This document shows, in pieces, positions 39,438 to 52,616 of a DNA stretch of 64,000 bases; position 1 is the first letter of the stretch, and every line of letters starts with the position of its first letter. Origin of the DNA: Paraphysomonas bandaiensis (taxonomy: Eukaryota > Protista > Chrysophyceae); NCBI GenBank assembly GCA_965644295.1, contig CBFFRP010000208.1, positions 62,001-126,000 of the forward strand, read 5' to 3'. Under the pieces are notes generated by a model. That model worked only from the letters and a program-made list of their open reading frames with translations. It ran no database searches and was not told where the DNA came from. A program made the translations under genes and the position numbers.

Positions 39438-39782
39438 ATGACTCAACCACAAGAACTTCCGGAAATCTCACAAGAATTGAAAAAGGAAATTGCAAAATAC
39501 AGATCCTTTCCTCGGAGATTGATGGCCTCTACTGTGCGCAGCAAGCCTCCACTTGTGCGTAATGGCCTCATATATCTTGTTGGTGCTCTGTCAGTTGCCT
39601 ATCTCGGTGGCTATGCATACTGGCTATCTACTCGCCGTACTCCTGGAAAGACATTCACTCCTGAGTGGAAGAAGGCCGAGATTGCATTCATGAGACACAA
39701 TAATATGAACCCTATTAGTGGTAAGTGGATGCCTGATCTGTTCAACCACGCTTATTTGTGTACAGGTGTGAGCTCAAAGTAA
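39438..39782 (+). CDS. COX4: Cytochrome c oxidase subunit IV-like protein (COX4/yeast Cox5), ~99 aa, intron 39721-39765
   Basis: Single TM helix followed by PGKTFTPEWKKAEIAFMRHNNMNPISGVSS, matching the T..EW....NPI.G.S signature of COX4. Confidence 0.7.
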   Translation: MTQPQELPEISQELKKEIAKYRSFPRRLMASTVRSKPPLVRNGLIYLVGALSVAYLGGYAYWLSTRRTPGKTFTPEWKKAEIAFMRHNNMNPISGKWMPDLFNHAYLCTGVSSK

Positions 39783-40253
39783 GATCAGTTCAATGAATCG
39801 TTCGCGCTGCACAATCTGGAAAATGTAATTATGACATCTCGCGTGAGATCGAATTTTTCGACATAACGTAATATATATTCTGAATGATACTCGAGCCGTA
39901 TATCGTTACTGTGCCAATCTACGTAGTGAAATATCTGTAATGAAAACTGTAATATCGGTGGTGTTCACAAGCTGATGCAAAGCAACCTACATCAAACGTC
40001 ATGAGTTGTGTTGTTTCTGTATCTATGATAGCAGTAGATTTTTGACAGTCTGATATGTTATAGCACCGATATTGGGTGCAAGTTCCAACCCAATCTTGAC
40101 TTTGCGGGTAGGGCATAGTATTGTAATTGCCATTAGTCACCTGGGTAGTCAACCCGCAGGTAGCAGAGTATAAGCTGTGGTTTCAAATTTCAAAGGTATT
40201 TTTATAGCTCAGTAGCAGAAGGGCTAAGGAACAGTATATTGTATTGTGTTATG

Positions 40254-40474
40254 GGGAATGGGCCCACCTCAAGGGCGTTTGGGTTATTGGGCTGCCTACT
40301 ATAGTAAAGCATCCGAGCTGTTCACCTTTAGGACAGGGAGCGAAAGTTGATTCGCGCACAAGCAGCTTTCGTAGCGTTAAATATGGTAGGATATCAAAGT
40401 TAAGCACTAGCTAGTTAAATTGTTTTTCTACATGAGTTCTGACTCTTACATGCCTATTGCTAATAATCAAACAC
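40254..40474 (+). mobile_element. Retroposon family A, 5'-truncated copy (tail type 1)
   Basis: GGGAATGGGCCCACCTCAAGGGC..TATTGGGCTGCCT..GCACAAGCAGCTTTCGTAGCGTTAAAT..GCCTATTGCTAATAATC. Confidence 0.8.
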
Positions 40475-40718
40475 TTGCTTACTACTGCTGCCAGACAAAG
40501 ACTACTTACAATATTCTTATACCTGTCCTCAGAGCACTCATCGGTGACGTAGTGTCATATGATATTCCATGTCTATTATTGGCAGTAGAATTGTAAGCAA
40601 AGAGATACTATTTTAAGAGGATATCAATATTTACTCTTTGATTTGCTGCAAACACCACGGTTCAGCCACTTCATTCAGAAGAATGATTTGATTAGGGAGT
40701 TCACCTTAGGGTGAAGAT

Positions 40719-40809
40719 CAGGGCCTGATAACCATTAATGGTAGTTCAGTTCCCGGCATTAATGGCATTAATAAAAAATGCCATGACCATTAATTGTTAC
40801 CAGGCCCTG
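40719..40809. mobile_element. 91-bp hAT-type MITE
   Basis: TIRs CAGGGCCTGATAACCATTAATGG / CCATTAATTGTTACCAGGCCCTG (21 of 23 match); exact 8-bp TSD GTGAAGAT at 40711-40718 and 40810-40817. Confidence 0.9.
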
Positions 40810-41229
40810 GTGAAGATTAGAGTTCTAGAGTAGGGAGGCCAGAGTTCCCATACTCAGCTGGATGCGTACGGGTGGGCTCGGTATTTATTACATGTTGTGG
40901 CATGAGTGTAAGACACAATTTGCGGAGTCTCCGTCGTGTCGGTTAGGGTTGTGAAGGGACAGTGGTTGATGATTGATGTGTGGAAGAGGCCGTTAGGACT
41001 GGTATGACCTCGACTTATTGCTATATAATATATAGGCATGCGTATTAATGATGTATGTCATGAAGCAGATTGTCCATGCTTAATATAATAATATAATAAA
41101 AAAGTGTTGGTATGTAATAGTTATAATACTATACTATACTATACTATACTAGATTGTATTGCAGTATATTGTGAGCTCTGTAATACAACAATAAAAATAT
41201 ATTATACTGATCGACCATCAACATTTTTA

Positions 41230-41555
41230 CCCTCAACAAATCGAGCTTGCCACTTTTCGTGGTGTAAGTACCGCATATATTTCTCCAGGAAACTAACGTG
41301 AGCAGCATATATACCTAGTCATCAGATAGTGTCGCCAGGATAATTGAAACTCCTGAGGTCAGCAGATGTCAGGCATATCAACATTCTGCTTGTTGCTCAC
41401 TGCATTGAGTGATAGAGCGAAAGTGGTTGCACCTTGGTGCTTACGGTGACGCACAAGCAGCTTTTGTAGCGTTAAATATGGTAGGATATCAGAGGTAAGC
41501 ATGAGTTCTGACTCTCTTAACACGCCTATTTATTGCTAATAATAAAACATTCACT
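41230..41555 (+). mobile_element. Retroposon family A, internally deleted copy with both ends (head plus tail type 1)
   Basis: Starts CCCTCAACAAA, ends CATTCACT; imperfect ~15-bp TSD ACCATCAACATTTTTA (41214-41229) / ACCACAACATTTTA (41556-41569). Confidence 0.8.
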
Positions 41556-42610
41556 ACCACAACATTTTACAATACATCATATTGATATATATATTTTCAA
41601 GCCCTGATAGATGGATCGATGTACGTATACGTATTACGTATGTATGAGTAATATCATTGTTGTTGTTATTAGTACCACTCAACTACTAATGTTAAGTACT
41701 CAGTACATGTTGAAAATTTCAAACTGAAGTGTTGTTGTGTACTTGTGTACCATATGTTGCAGTCTATCCTCTATTGGCGCAGTACTTTTTCAAGCGCTCA
41801 CCTGTACCCTGTACATATTGTCCCAAAACAATCAAGGAGAGAAGTTCTCTTTCCTCTCTGGGGTTTAGAAGTCCACCCCTCTTCTCCTCGTTTTTAGAAG
41901 TATGTTGTCTAGTGCAATATATTGCAGTATAATATTCTACTACAGAGATATGTCGAACTCTTAGTGTTGTAGTTATTAACTTAAGCTTGTAGTTAGTGCA
42001 GTATTGACTGATTTATGTTAAGAGATATATATAGTGAAATTATGATGTTGTAGCACTGTGATTTAGGAACCACGTCATTCACCAACATCAACATTCTGTT
42101 CTACAAATCATATCTTTAACAGCTACTATATTTTCGGTTTCTTTGTATACTTGTAATAGCTACTCCTATAGTGCAGTCATGTAAATTCTGTATTTCATTG
42201 CTACATAGAATACAGGATAGCTACTAGCGATAGGTTCTACCAAACTTCAAGTACGCACGTAGAAGTTGGTTGTAGTTCAATAGTAGTAAAAGAAAGTTTG
42301 ACTGTGCAAGTAACCTCAATCTATGACAAACAATAAATATTGCAAAATACTTTCCGTAAGATATCGATAGACTGACCAAAAGAAATGTACAATAATCCAA
42401 AACATACTTGTAAAAAAATGCAGTTGTCGATAATTATTACATGTACCACTACGCGTATTGAAAACGCAACCACATCATTATCCCCATGTGATATAACTGA
42501 AACTATTGGCTAAAACATCACTGGAGAGCTAAAACTAAAATTAATATGTTCCGATCAATTCTGCAACACACGTTTAGTTTGTTCCGATTAATGCAATGAA
42601 ATCGTAGTGC

Positions 42611-44896
42611 TCATTCTGTAGGGTCAGAAATAATTTTGCTCCAAGGATGCTCATGGCGGCCGTACTAAAATTCAGAAAATTACATACATCATGAAAACAT
42701 TAAATATCCTGTGTGACTATATACATTGATTTGTATCAAGTTAAACGCATACCTGAATATCAAGTAGCATTTCCCTGATCTTCTCCGCAAGGGACAGGCT
42801 GTCCGATCTCCCCATCAGTTTTCCAGAGTCAGACCCACAAGGAATATTGATTTCATGGCCAAGATATTTGATCTGATTCACGGGGCTAACAATTGCAGCA
42901 GTACCAGCACCAAAAGCCTCAACAAGCTGCAGTCAATACAACGAGCTGAGTCAGAAGATAGTGTAACACAAGTTGTGGATTAGGACTAATATCCATTGTT
43001 GGTATGTGTTTGTATACGCATTTTACAAACAGTACAAAATACATGGTCTCAATTATTTTGGATATAAGTCGAAATAACTCTTACCCGTCCCTCTTCAGAC
43101 GCCTTAAGTACATCCTTCATTGTTATCCACTTCTCGTTCACCTCAAGCCTTCCGCCCTATATATATAAATAACGATATACAATTCATACACTCCACAGTG
43201 GTTTCCTCATCAGTATACATCAAACAAACACCCGTACTCAGTTACAAATACATATCACTACTAAGTCCATATATAACTTTAACGCGAATCCATAACAACC
43301 TTGGTGGAGAGATTAGACTGCCCCCAGTCTTCTCGACAGAGGTTAAGAATGCTGTTGCGAGTGACTCCTACATATGGAATAGAATTAATGCAATATCAGC
43401 ACAAACACATCATAGTTCATAAACGACGTAGACCACTGTAATCGCATACCTGGAAGGACATCTCCCCTAGTCAGTGGAGCAGTAACTAGCTCTAGTTGAC
43501 TGTCTGGGTGGTTCTCCTTTCGAAACAAGAAGAATATGTTCATAGCGCCAACTTCAGTAATTTCATGGTTGTCTCCAAACAACCAAAGAATCTGACAGGC
43601 GTGAATTATCACACGAACATGCACTAAATAATGGACGGTGCTTAGTAGCACCCGATTACCTGCTGGTAACCTTCTGCGGCCGCTTTGGCGGAGATATCGA
43701 TTGAAGGAGCATAGTTTCCTCCGACCTATTTATTATATGACAATTATAAACAAGTCTGTCAAATATATATGTTCATTGTATGTATGGACGTCTCACTATA
43801 CATTCATTAGAGTCCGCACAATCCATACACAGAATGGTTGCATACCTTCACACTTCCTACCCCACCCGGCCAGGCTCTAACATTAGTTGGGTCCGCGAGC
43901 AGCTTCACCGGGACAGTACTTCCCGTCTTGTAATATGGCCCCACAGGGGAAAGAATTGCATACACTTTCACTTCTTCGCTTGCATGCACTCCCAAAAAAG
44001 GCTGTAACACCAAAAACAGTTCCAATGAGGAATCATACCGCATCCACGAAGGGTTACATGTATATGCAGTGCCGCAAAACAATCCAATTGCTATGGATAT
44101 ATATGACTCACAGTATGGACAACACCACGTACCGATGTGCCAATCGCTGTTGGGCGGATGTAGAGAGAGTATCCATCTTCCTTAGGAACCCAGGAGCCGT
44201 CAATCCTCACCAACTCCTCTAGACACTTCAAAAACCCATCCTTGTCCAGTGAGGGCATAGCGAGGCGAGTCATGGAGTTGTTCATACGTTCCATATTCAT
44301 GTCAGGGCGGAATAAGCGAAGGCGGTTTTGGGAATCTTTGTAAGCCTTCATTCCTTCAAAGCACTAGACAGTAGAACGTTAAGTAACGGTTAAAATCAGA
44401 AAATTCAATGTATACCTGTATTCCATAATGAAGCGCAGAAATTGCAGGGGATAAGCTAAAATTCTTATATTCAGATATAACGGGGTTCCTGAAGTGCGTC
44501 CAGAATAAATCCACCGCACGCAGGCAAAAGATACTTACTTCCATCCAGAGTCTCTGTGCCAGTCGACCTCAAGCATGTGGTCAGAAAAAGTATGTCCGAA
44601 CTGTAGCTCCTGTAGGGGAGTCTTGGCCTGCTCGATATCATCACAACCACACAGCTAGGGACACACATGTACACACAGCAAAGAGAGCAGGGCACACACG
44701 CACCTTCAAGTTCTGGCTCTTACGAATTTCCAGCTTAGTGGGCTGCAAAAACACGCGTGAGACCGAAGATCACCCCACAGAGAGAGGCAGGAGCAGCACT
44801 TACATCGATGCAGTCGTTGTAACAGGACATCGACCGAAACTGAAGGCCCGCAGAGCGGATAGCGGCCTTGTTGACTGAGGAAGATAGGCGCATCAT
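42611..44896 (-). CDS. BCAT: Branched-chain amino acid aminotransferase (probably mitochondrial), many exons
   Basis: ALHYG, FEGMKAY..RLFRPDMNMERM, SLYIRPT, RAWPGGVG, ITEVGAMNIF, LPG and EAFGAGTAAIVSPV. Confidence 0.95.
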
Positions 44897-45684
44897 GAGA
44901 CACTCGGGAACTACGAGTAGCAAGTATGCAATAGGGGGCGGAGCAATGTTGCGGATATGAGGCACAACCAGCACAACTGCAGTATATATATGTATACATG
45001 CGCTGCTATGTATGCATACCAAACACAGAGTATACAGAGCATCTACTGCTGTATGTGTGGAATCCTACAGGTGATCTCGAACAAAAACAGGCAGATCATA
45101 TTCACTGGCTGGCCGATACTTCTTACCCAGCTCAAGTGCGATTATATCCAATCACCTACTCCACTGCAGCTATGATTGGCTCCATATATGAACGTCATCA
45201 CCTACACATCAACATCACACATACAACAATGCTGCCAAATTTCAGTTTAAAAAAATGAAATATTTGTATTTTTGTAGTTGTAGTTTAGTAGTATACGTAC
45301 CGTAGTGGCAAAAGAGGGACAACCAGGAAAAAAATACCTACATTGATCATCAAAAAACAGTATACAGCTACAAACCTGGGTTTTTTATCAGGTCGACTTT
45401 TCCACTCACGGATACACACATTCGTATAGTTCTCATACATGTGAGAAGATGAAGGACCACATGCAGTTGTACCTCGACACAGTACAGAGTGGAGTATACA
45501 GCAGCATGGTACGATAGTATACACATAGCAGTCTCGCTCGGTGTGTGTGTGTGTGTATGCAGATATCTAACTGGGGCCGGAATATAATATCAGAGCTAAC
45601 AGCACCAAAATACACCGCAGTGCTCTGCATTCACTTCATTCGATAGATAGCAGCGAGCGGAAGTGATCTATAGCTATAGATAGC

Positions 45685-47158
45685 ATGGACGAAGATGAAT
45701 ATACGGTTGAGAGGACTCTCTGTCAGCTGCCCTCTGTGCACGTGTTCCGCATCCCCACTCTGAACACTGCTGTAGGCTACAGGTGCGTGCATGCTCCCAG
45801 TGCAAATCAACTCACAGATATCTGTAACTCAGAGCCGCTGATTGGCCGAAAGACCCGGTGTGGTCCGGCAAATTAAAAATAACTGCTAAAGGCCGCAACT
45901 GTGTGATTTATCTGCTCGACGACCAGAATAACGTCTTCGCGAAGTGCCCCTACAACGACAATGCTGTGGAGAAAGGTGTGACATTGATGTTGATATGATG
46001 TGTGTTGATGTGTGGGCTCAGTGAAGGACAGCGGCAGATACTTTGTGCTGAAAATAATAAATGATGCGGGGAGACACGCCTTCATTGGCATCGCATTCAA
46101 TGAGCGTAATGATGCCTTTGATTTTAATGTTTCCCTCCAGGAACACAAAAAGTACGTAATGATATTTTGAATATATATTCTGAAATGGGTGACTTTATGA
46201 CGGTGGTATGACGGTGGCCTTCCATAGTCACAATAGATTCCTTGTATTCACACATCGCAATGCTGTGCCCCTATGTATCACGTGAGAATACATTGTCTTC
46301 GAACGATAATCTGTACTCTTGATATTTACGCATTGTCTACGCAGTGAGTGTGAGAGGGAAGATCGTGCAGCTGCAGGTGAGCTTCCCTCCGAACTCCCTG
46401 TCCAGGATCGCTCCATCAAACAAGGAGAAAAAATAAAAGTAAAAATTGGCAACATAGGGGTAAGAAATCTTTTCGAACAGTAAGAATACGAGTTTATGAT
46501 GACACTGTTCTGTGTTATGCATTTTGACATCTCGTCGTTCGTATGTTTTCAACTACTATCATCACATTGATTTGGGAATAATATGTGCCTACGCCTAGGG
46601 AAGTAAACGAGAGGGCAAGAAAGTCTCAAATTCGACTGGGGTACTAGCTCCTCCTCCCGCTGGCGGCGGGCTCTTAGCCCCACCTTCAAGCAAACCAGCT
46701 GGAACTGCACCGCCAAGGGATACGTCAGGAGTCACCTCGTTCGATGTGTTCGACACCTCCACAGCTAAAGGAGGGGCAACGGACACAACAGTGTTTGGAT
46801 TTGATTCATTTGCGTCAAGGTGGGAGTTCTACTTTGTATAGGAGGCACAATACTACATTCATAATGCTCTTTTCATCATAAATTTGTCATACCATATTAA
46901 GTTGTGCTTTGCTAGTTGTGGTTGGAGACTTCTTACCTAAATTATGCTATTGTGTGCAGTGACCCTTTCGCCCCACCAACCAATCCGTCGGCACAATCCT
47001 CTGGCACATCATCTTCTGATCCCTTTGCGTCGTCTAATGACCCTTTCGCAAGCACGTCAGCCGCTTCAAGTGATCCGTTCGGCTTTTCTGTGTCGTCCAG
47101 CACCCCTTCGTCGAACACCAACTCGAGTAGCAACTCCAACAGCCTGTTGGACTTTTAA
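45685..47158 (+). CDS. NECAP: NECAP (adaptin ear-binding coat-associated protein, PHear domain)
   Basis: [59 protein letters not shown] and LLAPP. Confidence 0.93.
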
Positions 47159-47453
47159 TTGGAAAAGTATTCAACGGAACTAATTGGTGTAGAGGTGTCA
47201 ATCAGTATTTTATCTTGAGCAGCTGAGTATGTAATACTTAATATTTGAGATTTCGTGAATGACATTTTTATAAATGTAAAAACTACGATACTATGGCGTC
47301 AGACTGACTTGTCATCTGTGGGGTGTGTTGTGTGTTCTCCATTCTCCACCTTAGCCTTGTCAAGGTAGTGGCTTTTTGGTACCATACTCATGTATCATAT
47401 ATATGGCATTTTTGGCTTTAGTCATGATTGTCCGCTTAAGTCATTATTTACTT

Positions 47454-47510
47454 CAGGGTCTGATAACCATTAATGGGGCCCAGTTCCCTGTAATTATATT
47501 GGCCATTTTT
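47454..47510. mobile_element. Orphan left end of the hAT MITE family
   Basis: CAGGGTCTGATAACCATTAATGG..CAGTTCCC matches 40719-40755. Confidence 0.65.
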
Positions 47511-47773
47511 GTCTAACTAGATAATATCGCCCACAATAGATTATAGATTAGGGTGACAATAACAATAATTTTAATATGGCAGTCGCTTTTATTAAGTTAT
47601 ATTTGTTCCATTGTAAGCTATTTTTTCTTTACCCGAACTTATATATGTGTCGTACGTAATAAAGCAATTTAGTGTCAATTTCAAACACCACGAAGTATGC
47701 ACGCATGCACTTCACTTGTCGAGTTTGTTGATTCTCACAAAACTATTTTCTATCACTTATAGATATAGTCATG

Positions 47774-48106
47774 ATATAGTCAGCAGGTATTGTTCTGCTT
47801 ACTCATAGCTAAATAATGCTTGTGTGGTACAAGGGTTACTAGTAAGTGTGTAAGTGTCACTTGTGTAGACGTCTTTGGCCTTGTTGAATAGAGGCAAGCA
47901 TCCGGAAATAGGCCCACCTCAAGCCTCAAGGGCATCCGGGATATAGGACTGCCTGCTGAACTGGCTGTTTACTTTAAGGGCTCAAAAATTCTGAAGTTAG
48001 CAGACGCCAGGTATATCAGCACTCTACTTGCTCACTGCGTTTGCTTGGAGTGATAGAGCGAAAGTGGTTACACCTTGGTGCTTAAGGTGACGCACAAGCA
48101 GCTTTT
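47774..48106 (+). mobile_element. Retroposon family A, body copy lacking both ends
   Basis: Aligns to 55420-55700 and to 27411-27710 (reverse complement). Confidence 0.85.
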
Positions 48107-48231
48107 ATTTAGGAACGTAAAATTACTGTTGCATGTTGTGGGAAACGTAATAAACGTACTACTTTATTAAATGTTTGCATAAGGTGTCACTTTGGAATAA
48201 TTCATCATCATCAGCGGACTGTACACGGACC

Positions 48232-48511
48232 GATGCTTGACTTCAGCAGGGAGTCCAACCCCCCGGATGTCCTTTTGAGGTAAGCCCATTCCCGGATGCC
48301 TGTTTATTTGCCAAGGCCCAAAGACGTATATACACAAGGACCTTTTATATAATAGTGCCCCTTGTACCACACAAGCATTCGGCTATGAGTAGGCTGAAAA
48401 TTTTCTGTTGCCTATAAAATATGCGACTCAAGTTTGTTTTCTGGAGAAATATCTTCGGTACTTTTATCCTCCAGAACACCACGAAAAGGTGCGAGTACGA
48501 CTTGTTGAAGG
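48232..48511 (-). mobile_element. Retroposon family A, 5' half including ribozyme head (48424-48511)
   Basis: Element strand starts CCTTCAACAAGTCGTACTCGCACCTTTTCGTGGTGTTCTGGAGG; inverted relative to 47774-48106. Confidence 0.85.
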
Positions 48512-49289
48512 GAGTTAATAAGATAAGTAATATTATCCTTTAATTAATGTACCTTTTCTTGTTGGGTTATATAATTATATATACATGGGCTGGTCAGAAA
48601 TGCACATGTATATTATATGAGAGTAAATAGTTATGTTTGAATGTTTGTTTTGATGCTCTGTAAGCCATTAATATGTTGTGTCGTGTGAGCTGGTATCTTA
48701 TACAGTCACAGTGTGTAATCAATGGATATAAGAACGACAAAATTGACTACTAGAAGGTTGAGTCATATATTACTTTGACTAGGCTATTCCACCAATTTTG
48801 GTATGACTAAGTTGAATAATGTTTCCCATATATATATAATATTATCATAATATTATAGAATTAGACATAAGCTTTCGCCTTTTGCCTCCTATAACTTAAT
48901 CTATACAATATATTTATCTAATCAGTAAATCGTCAGTCAGCAACATAGTATTCCTTATACTTGAATTTTTTACTGTCTTCCTTATTTATTATTTAATACT
49001 GTAGTACACACAGTGATAGCTTACCTTTTGTTATAATATCATTACTCATAAAGAAAAACCTGCGCATTTTTGAATATTGCATAATATCTCGTACGCATTG
49101 GTAGTAGATATATTGAAGCAGTGTAAAACTAGTTTCTGTACACAACCGCGCTCCTGTAATAATCAGATACACATTTAGCCATAATATTATCCAATATCAT
49201 ATATATTATATTTTGTTAGCACTGAACTTCTGAGGACCGCACAGTTACGGCTATACCACATATATATAGCAAACCGCTCTCGCCGATAT

Positions 49290-52200
49290 CTATGTTACAC
49301 ATCTAAATTTATCAAACATGGTACATTGTCTCAAAGTACTAGATTTACAAGTCTTAGGAGTGCTACTTTTCCCTTTCTTTCGACCTTTTGTACTCAATTT
49401 GGTCACCTCAGGCTGATGACATTCTAGATCTTTACTAGAGCTGATGACCGCATTGCACTCATCGGCTGTTGACGTCGCGGCCATATTTCGCACACATTTT
49501 TCCCAGACATGATTCGAATTTGAGTTGCTGTCTTCTACTATTATTACCTCGACACGGCTTTGCGGAATGTTTTCATCTTGAGGGAAAGGGGCGGTGTCCA
49601 CCAAATCTGTAATTAGAGACGCCTTCACTTTTCTACTTGGGCCGTCCAACGCAAACCTAATTACAAAACAATCCGATGAATGAGACGTCGCACGACACAA
49701 CGGGAATCATATCTATCATGACAGCGATCAATGTACCTATCAAACAGGCTTCTCGATGGGGAAATAGGTGGCGACAACGTTTCTGTATATGTCTCAGTTT
49801 TGATCTTATTATCTACAGCAGAACTGGCTCCAACAGACTTTTTACTACTCACGGGGGATGATAACTGCTCGATATTTTCACTCGCGACTTGTATTTTCCT
49901 AGCCTGTAACTTTTCCAGTGCTCCCTGAGAATAGGTGAGATACAAAATGAAGTAACACATAGATTATACACCGTATACACAATATATATCAACATAAAAC
50001 TATTCTAAGTGTAGTTACCTTTGTAGAAATACTGTCACGGGGCCTCTTTGACTGTCTATTTGTCATTGCCTCATTCCATTGCGTATGCATAGTCGTGTTT
50101 GATGACTTCACACTGCATGCACCACCATTTAGCTTCAATGAATCGTCGGTGGCATGGTGCGCATGAGATATAGCGCCATGATGTGGGGAAGATTTCGCAG
50201 CGAGGGAGGTCGAGCTAGGTCGTGAATTTCCACCGACAGAGGTAGATGATTGAGAGGATCGAACACTAAAATATGACTTGACAGAATTCGTGTTTGCCAA
50301 AATACTCTTCGATGATCCCGAGTATTTGGCGTTTGTAGTAGCTGAGTTTTTTACTCTTGCACTCCCAGCTGTTCCAATTGTGTGTCGTCTGTTTAGATTT
50401 CCTTTCGCTGGGGTCAGTCATGAAAAGAGATGCATGGTTGCGTACCATGAGGTGCTCCGTTAGAGGTAAATGAGTTATTACGGGAATCTGAGTACGACGT
50501 CGATATAGATCGGCGAGTTTCAGGAAGGCGCAGCCCGCTGCAATCAATGAGCTCCGGAAGATTGAAGGGTTCCTGTACACATAATTAAGCGCATACATAC
50601 CTGTACAAGATATGCTACAAAAAGTATTGTATGTGCCAATTATCAACATTAACCATCAGTACCACATTATGAAATGGCATATATATACGACTTCGAATGC
50701 GGTAGGCCAAGTGCAAGGCATGCAGCTTATGTGTATTACACTGAGCATACCTTTGTCTCAGGATCGATGTAACCATCCGCAATTCCACATGCTGTCTTAT
50801 CATCCAGTGGACTTCCCAGTACCTCCAATACACCCCCTTCTGCTGGTATCCAGCTATACTCAATTTTATTTTCTGATTGTATCAGGCGGCCTGGTATAGT
50901 TATGTACTCGGGAAACGTCCCAGCGTCATTGTTTTTCGGAAGAGGTCGCAAATGTGAGGTCTAGAGGTAAAATGATACACAAGAGTTACGTGAGCTGATA
51001 ATATAGTGCCACAATAGTATATCATAGATTCGAGGAACGAAATAAATAAATCAATAAACTAATCGGCATTACATACACGAACCTTCCGCATTCTAACATC
51101 GAACACAGTTTGATGCTGAAACGTCAACAAAGCCTAAACAATGTTATTATTCCATGAGAACACAACTTCATAGTAAGAACATACTTGATAAAACAGAAAC
51201 TCGTAAAGCAGCACTGATGGATGTTGTGTACCTAAAGAGGACGGAGGAAGTTTGACAGGGACCAGGGGAATAGTCCCTTCGAACTTCAAGTTGCGCAAAA
51301 CACGAGCAGGGGTACTACACACAGAGGGAAGCTGTTACGGAGACGACGAGCAATAAAGGCATCAAAACAAAATAAGGACATGAATGCTTTTTAAAAGCAC
51401 CCTAACAACGCATTACCGAAGTCGGTTGACAAGCTTGTAACTTTTCTTTAGCCCGTATCCATTTAATGATGGCTGACACACAAAAATCAGTCGTTAAACA
51501 TATCACAGCTGAAGCACAAACATGTACAAATGAGTGTTTGCACTGTGAAAGAGTAACATCGCAAAACGGTAGGCCAAAGGGATACGATACAAAAACAGCA
51601 GTAAACCAGAACAACATGCCGAATAAAGCTACACCAACGAATAAAGCATGTAGTTATTCTAATACAGCGCCAGAATGAACGCATGAAAGCTCACCAAGTA
51701 GTCGCAGCCTGAGAGAATGCATAACGTAGCCAGCATCTCAGGGGTAAACTGGCGCAGATCAAAGTTCTCTATTTTGGTGTCACTCAGATGTCTGAGCACC
51801 AGATGCTCACACATGCCACTTCTATTATCAAGCTTGAATAGTACCTGCCAGGAATATACATTTATAATAATCCAATCGTAACTATTCAAAAGAATATGCT
51901 GTGTGCAACAGAGACTTGTGTAATAGTACTCATTAGCATACAATGGAAATCAAGCTTATGCTATAGCATGTGCATAAGACATATTTACACAGTTAACACA
52001 TAAACACTAAACATGATACGTAATAGAGAAACGTCGACCATAGCAGTGATAGGGGTCGTCAACTTACTTCTTTACACTGATATGGAATACAATCAGAATC
52101 CTCTGAAACAACGGCATCAACAATGCCAGCCATGCACATATACGCTAACTGTGCATCGGCTTCATATGGGGCTACAACACACTTTACTTGAGGCCGATGA

Positions 52201-52616
52201 AGCTTACATATTCGTATTAATTGAGCAGCCATTTTAGGAGTCACATCAACACTCCTGGCCATATGAGAACGAGCGTGAGAAGTGTTTCCAACTTTAGAAA
52301 ATTGGTTTCCTCGTTCGAGATTCTTCGATCGGTTTGAAGCTCTCTGTTGTTCGGTGTGTTCTTTAGCGGGTAAGTTACAACCATCGAATACGAGGTGGAC
52401 CTCGATGTCGAACGCTAGCAGCATGTCGATATACGCCAAACAATACGAGACCCATTTAACAGAGTCTGGATTAGCGATAAGATCCTCCACTGAGCCATAT
52501 ACGGCTTTGTGTATCCAGCTGTAAGTGTCTACAGCCACTCGCCTGCCGCGAAACTTACTGATATGAGCCGACTGCACCACCGGCCGAACCAGAGGCAACA
52601 GACCTTGAATCCCCAT
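49290..52616 (-). CDS. EXO1: Exonuclease 1 (XPG/FEN1 family), many exons
   Basis: MGIQGLLP..VAVDTYSWIHKA, VFDG, APYEADAQLAY, SEDSD, CILSGCDY and FQHQTVFD. Confidence 0.95.

Noticed and set aside
41415-41445. GAAAGTGGTTGCACCTTGGTGCTT resembles the 3' hairpin of a Cas9 tracrRNA; the repeats might suggest a CRISPR or Fanzor system
   Set aside because: No repeat-spacer array and no Cas/TnpB/Fanzor ORF in the window; the motif lies in a TSD-flanked retroposon tail.
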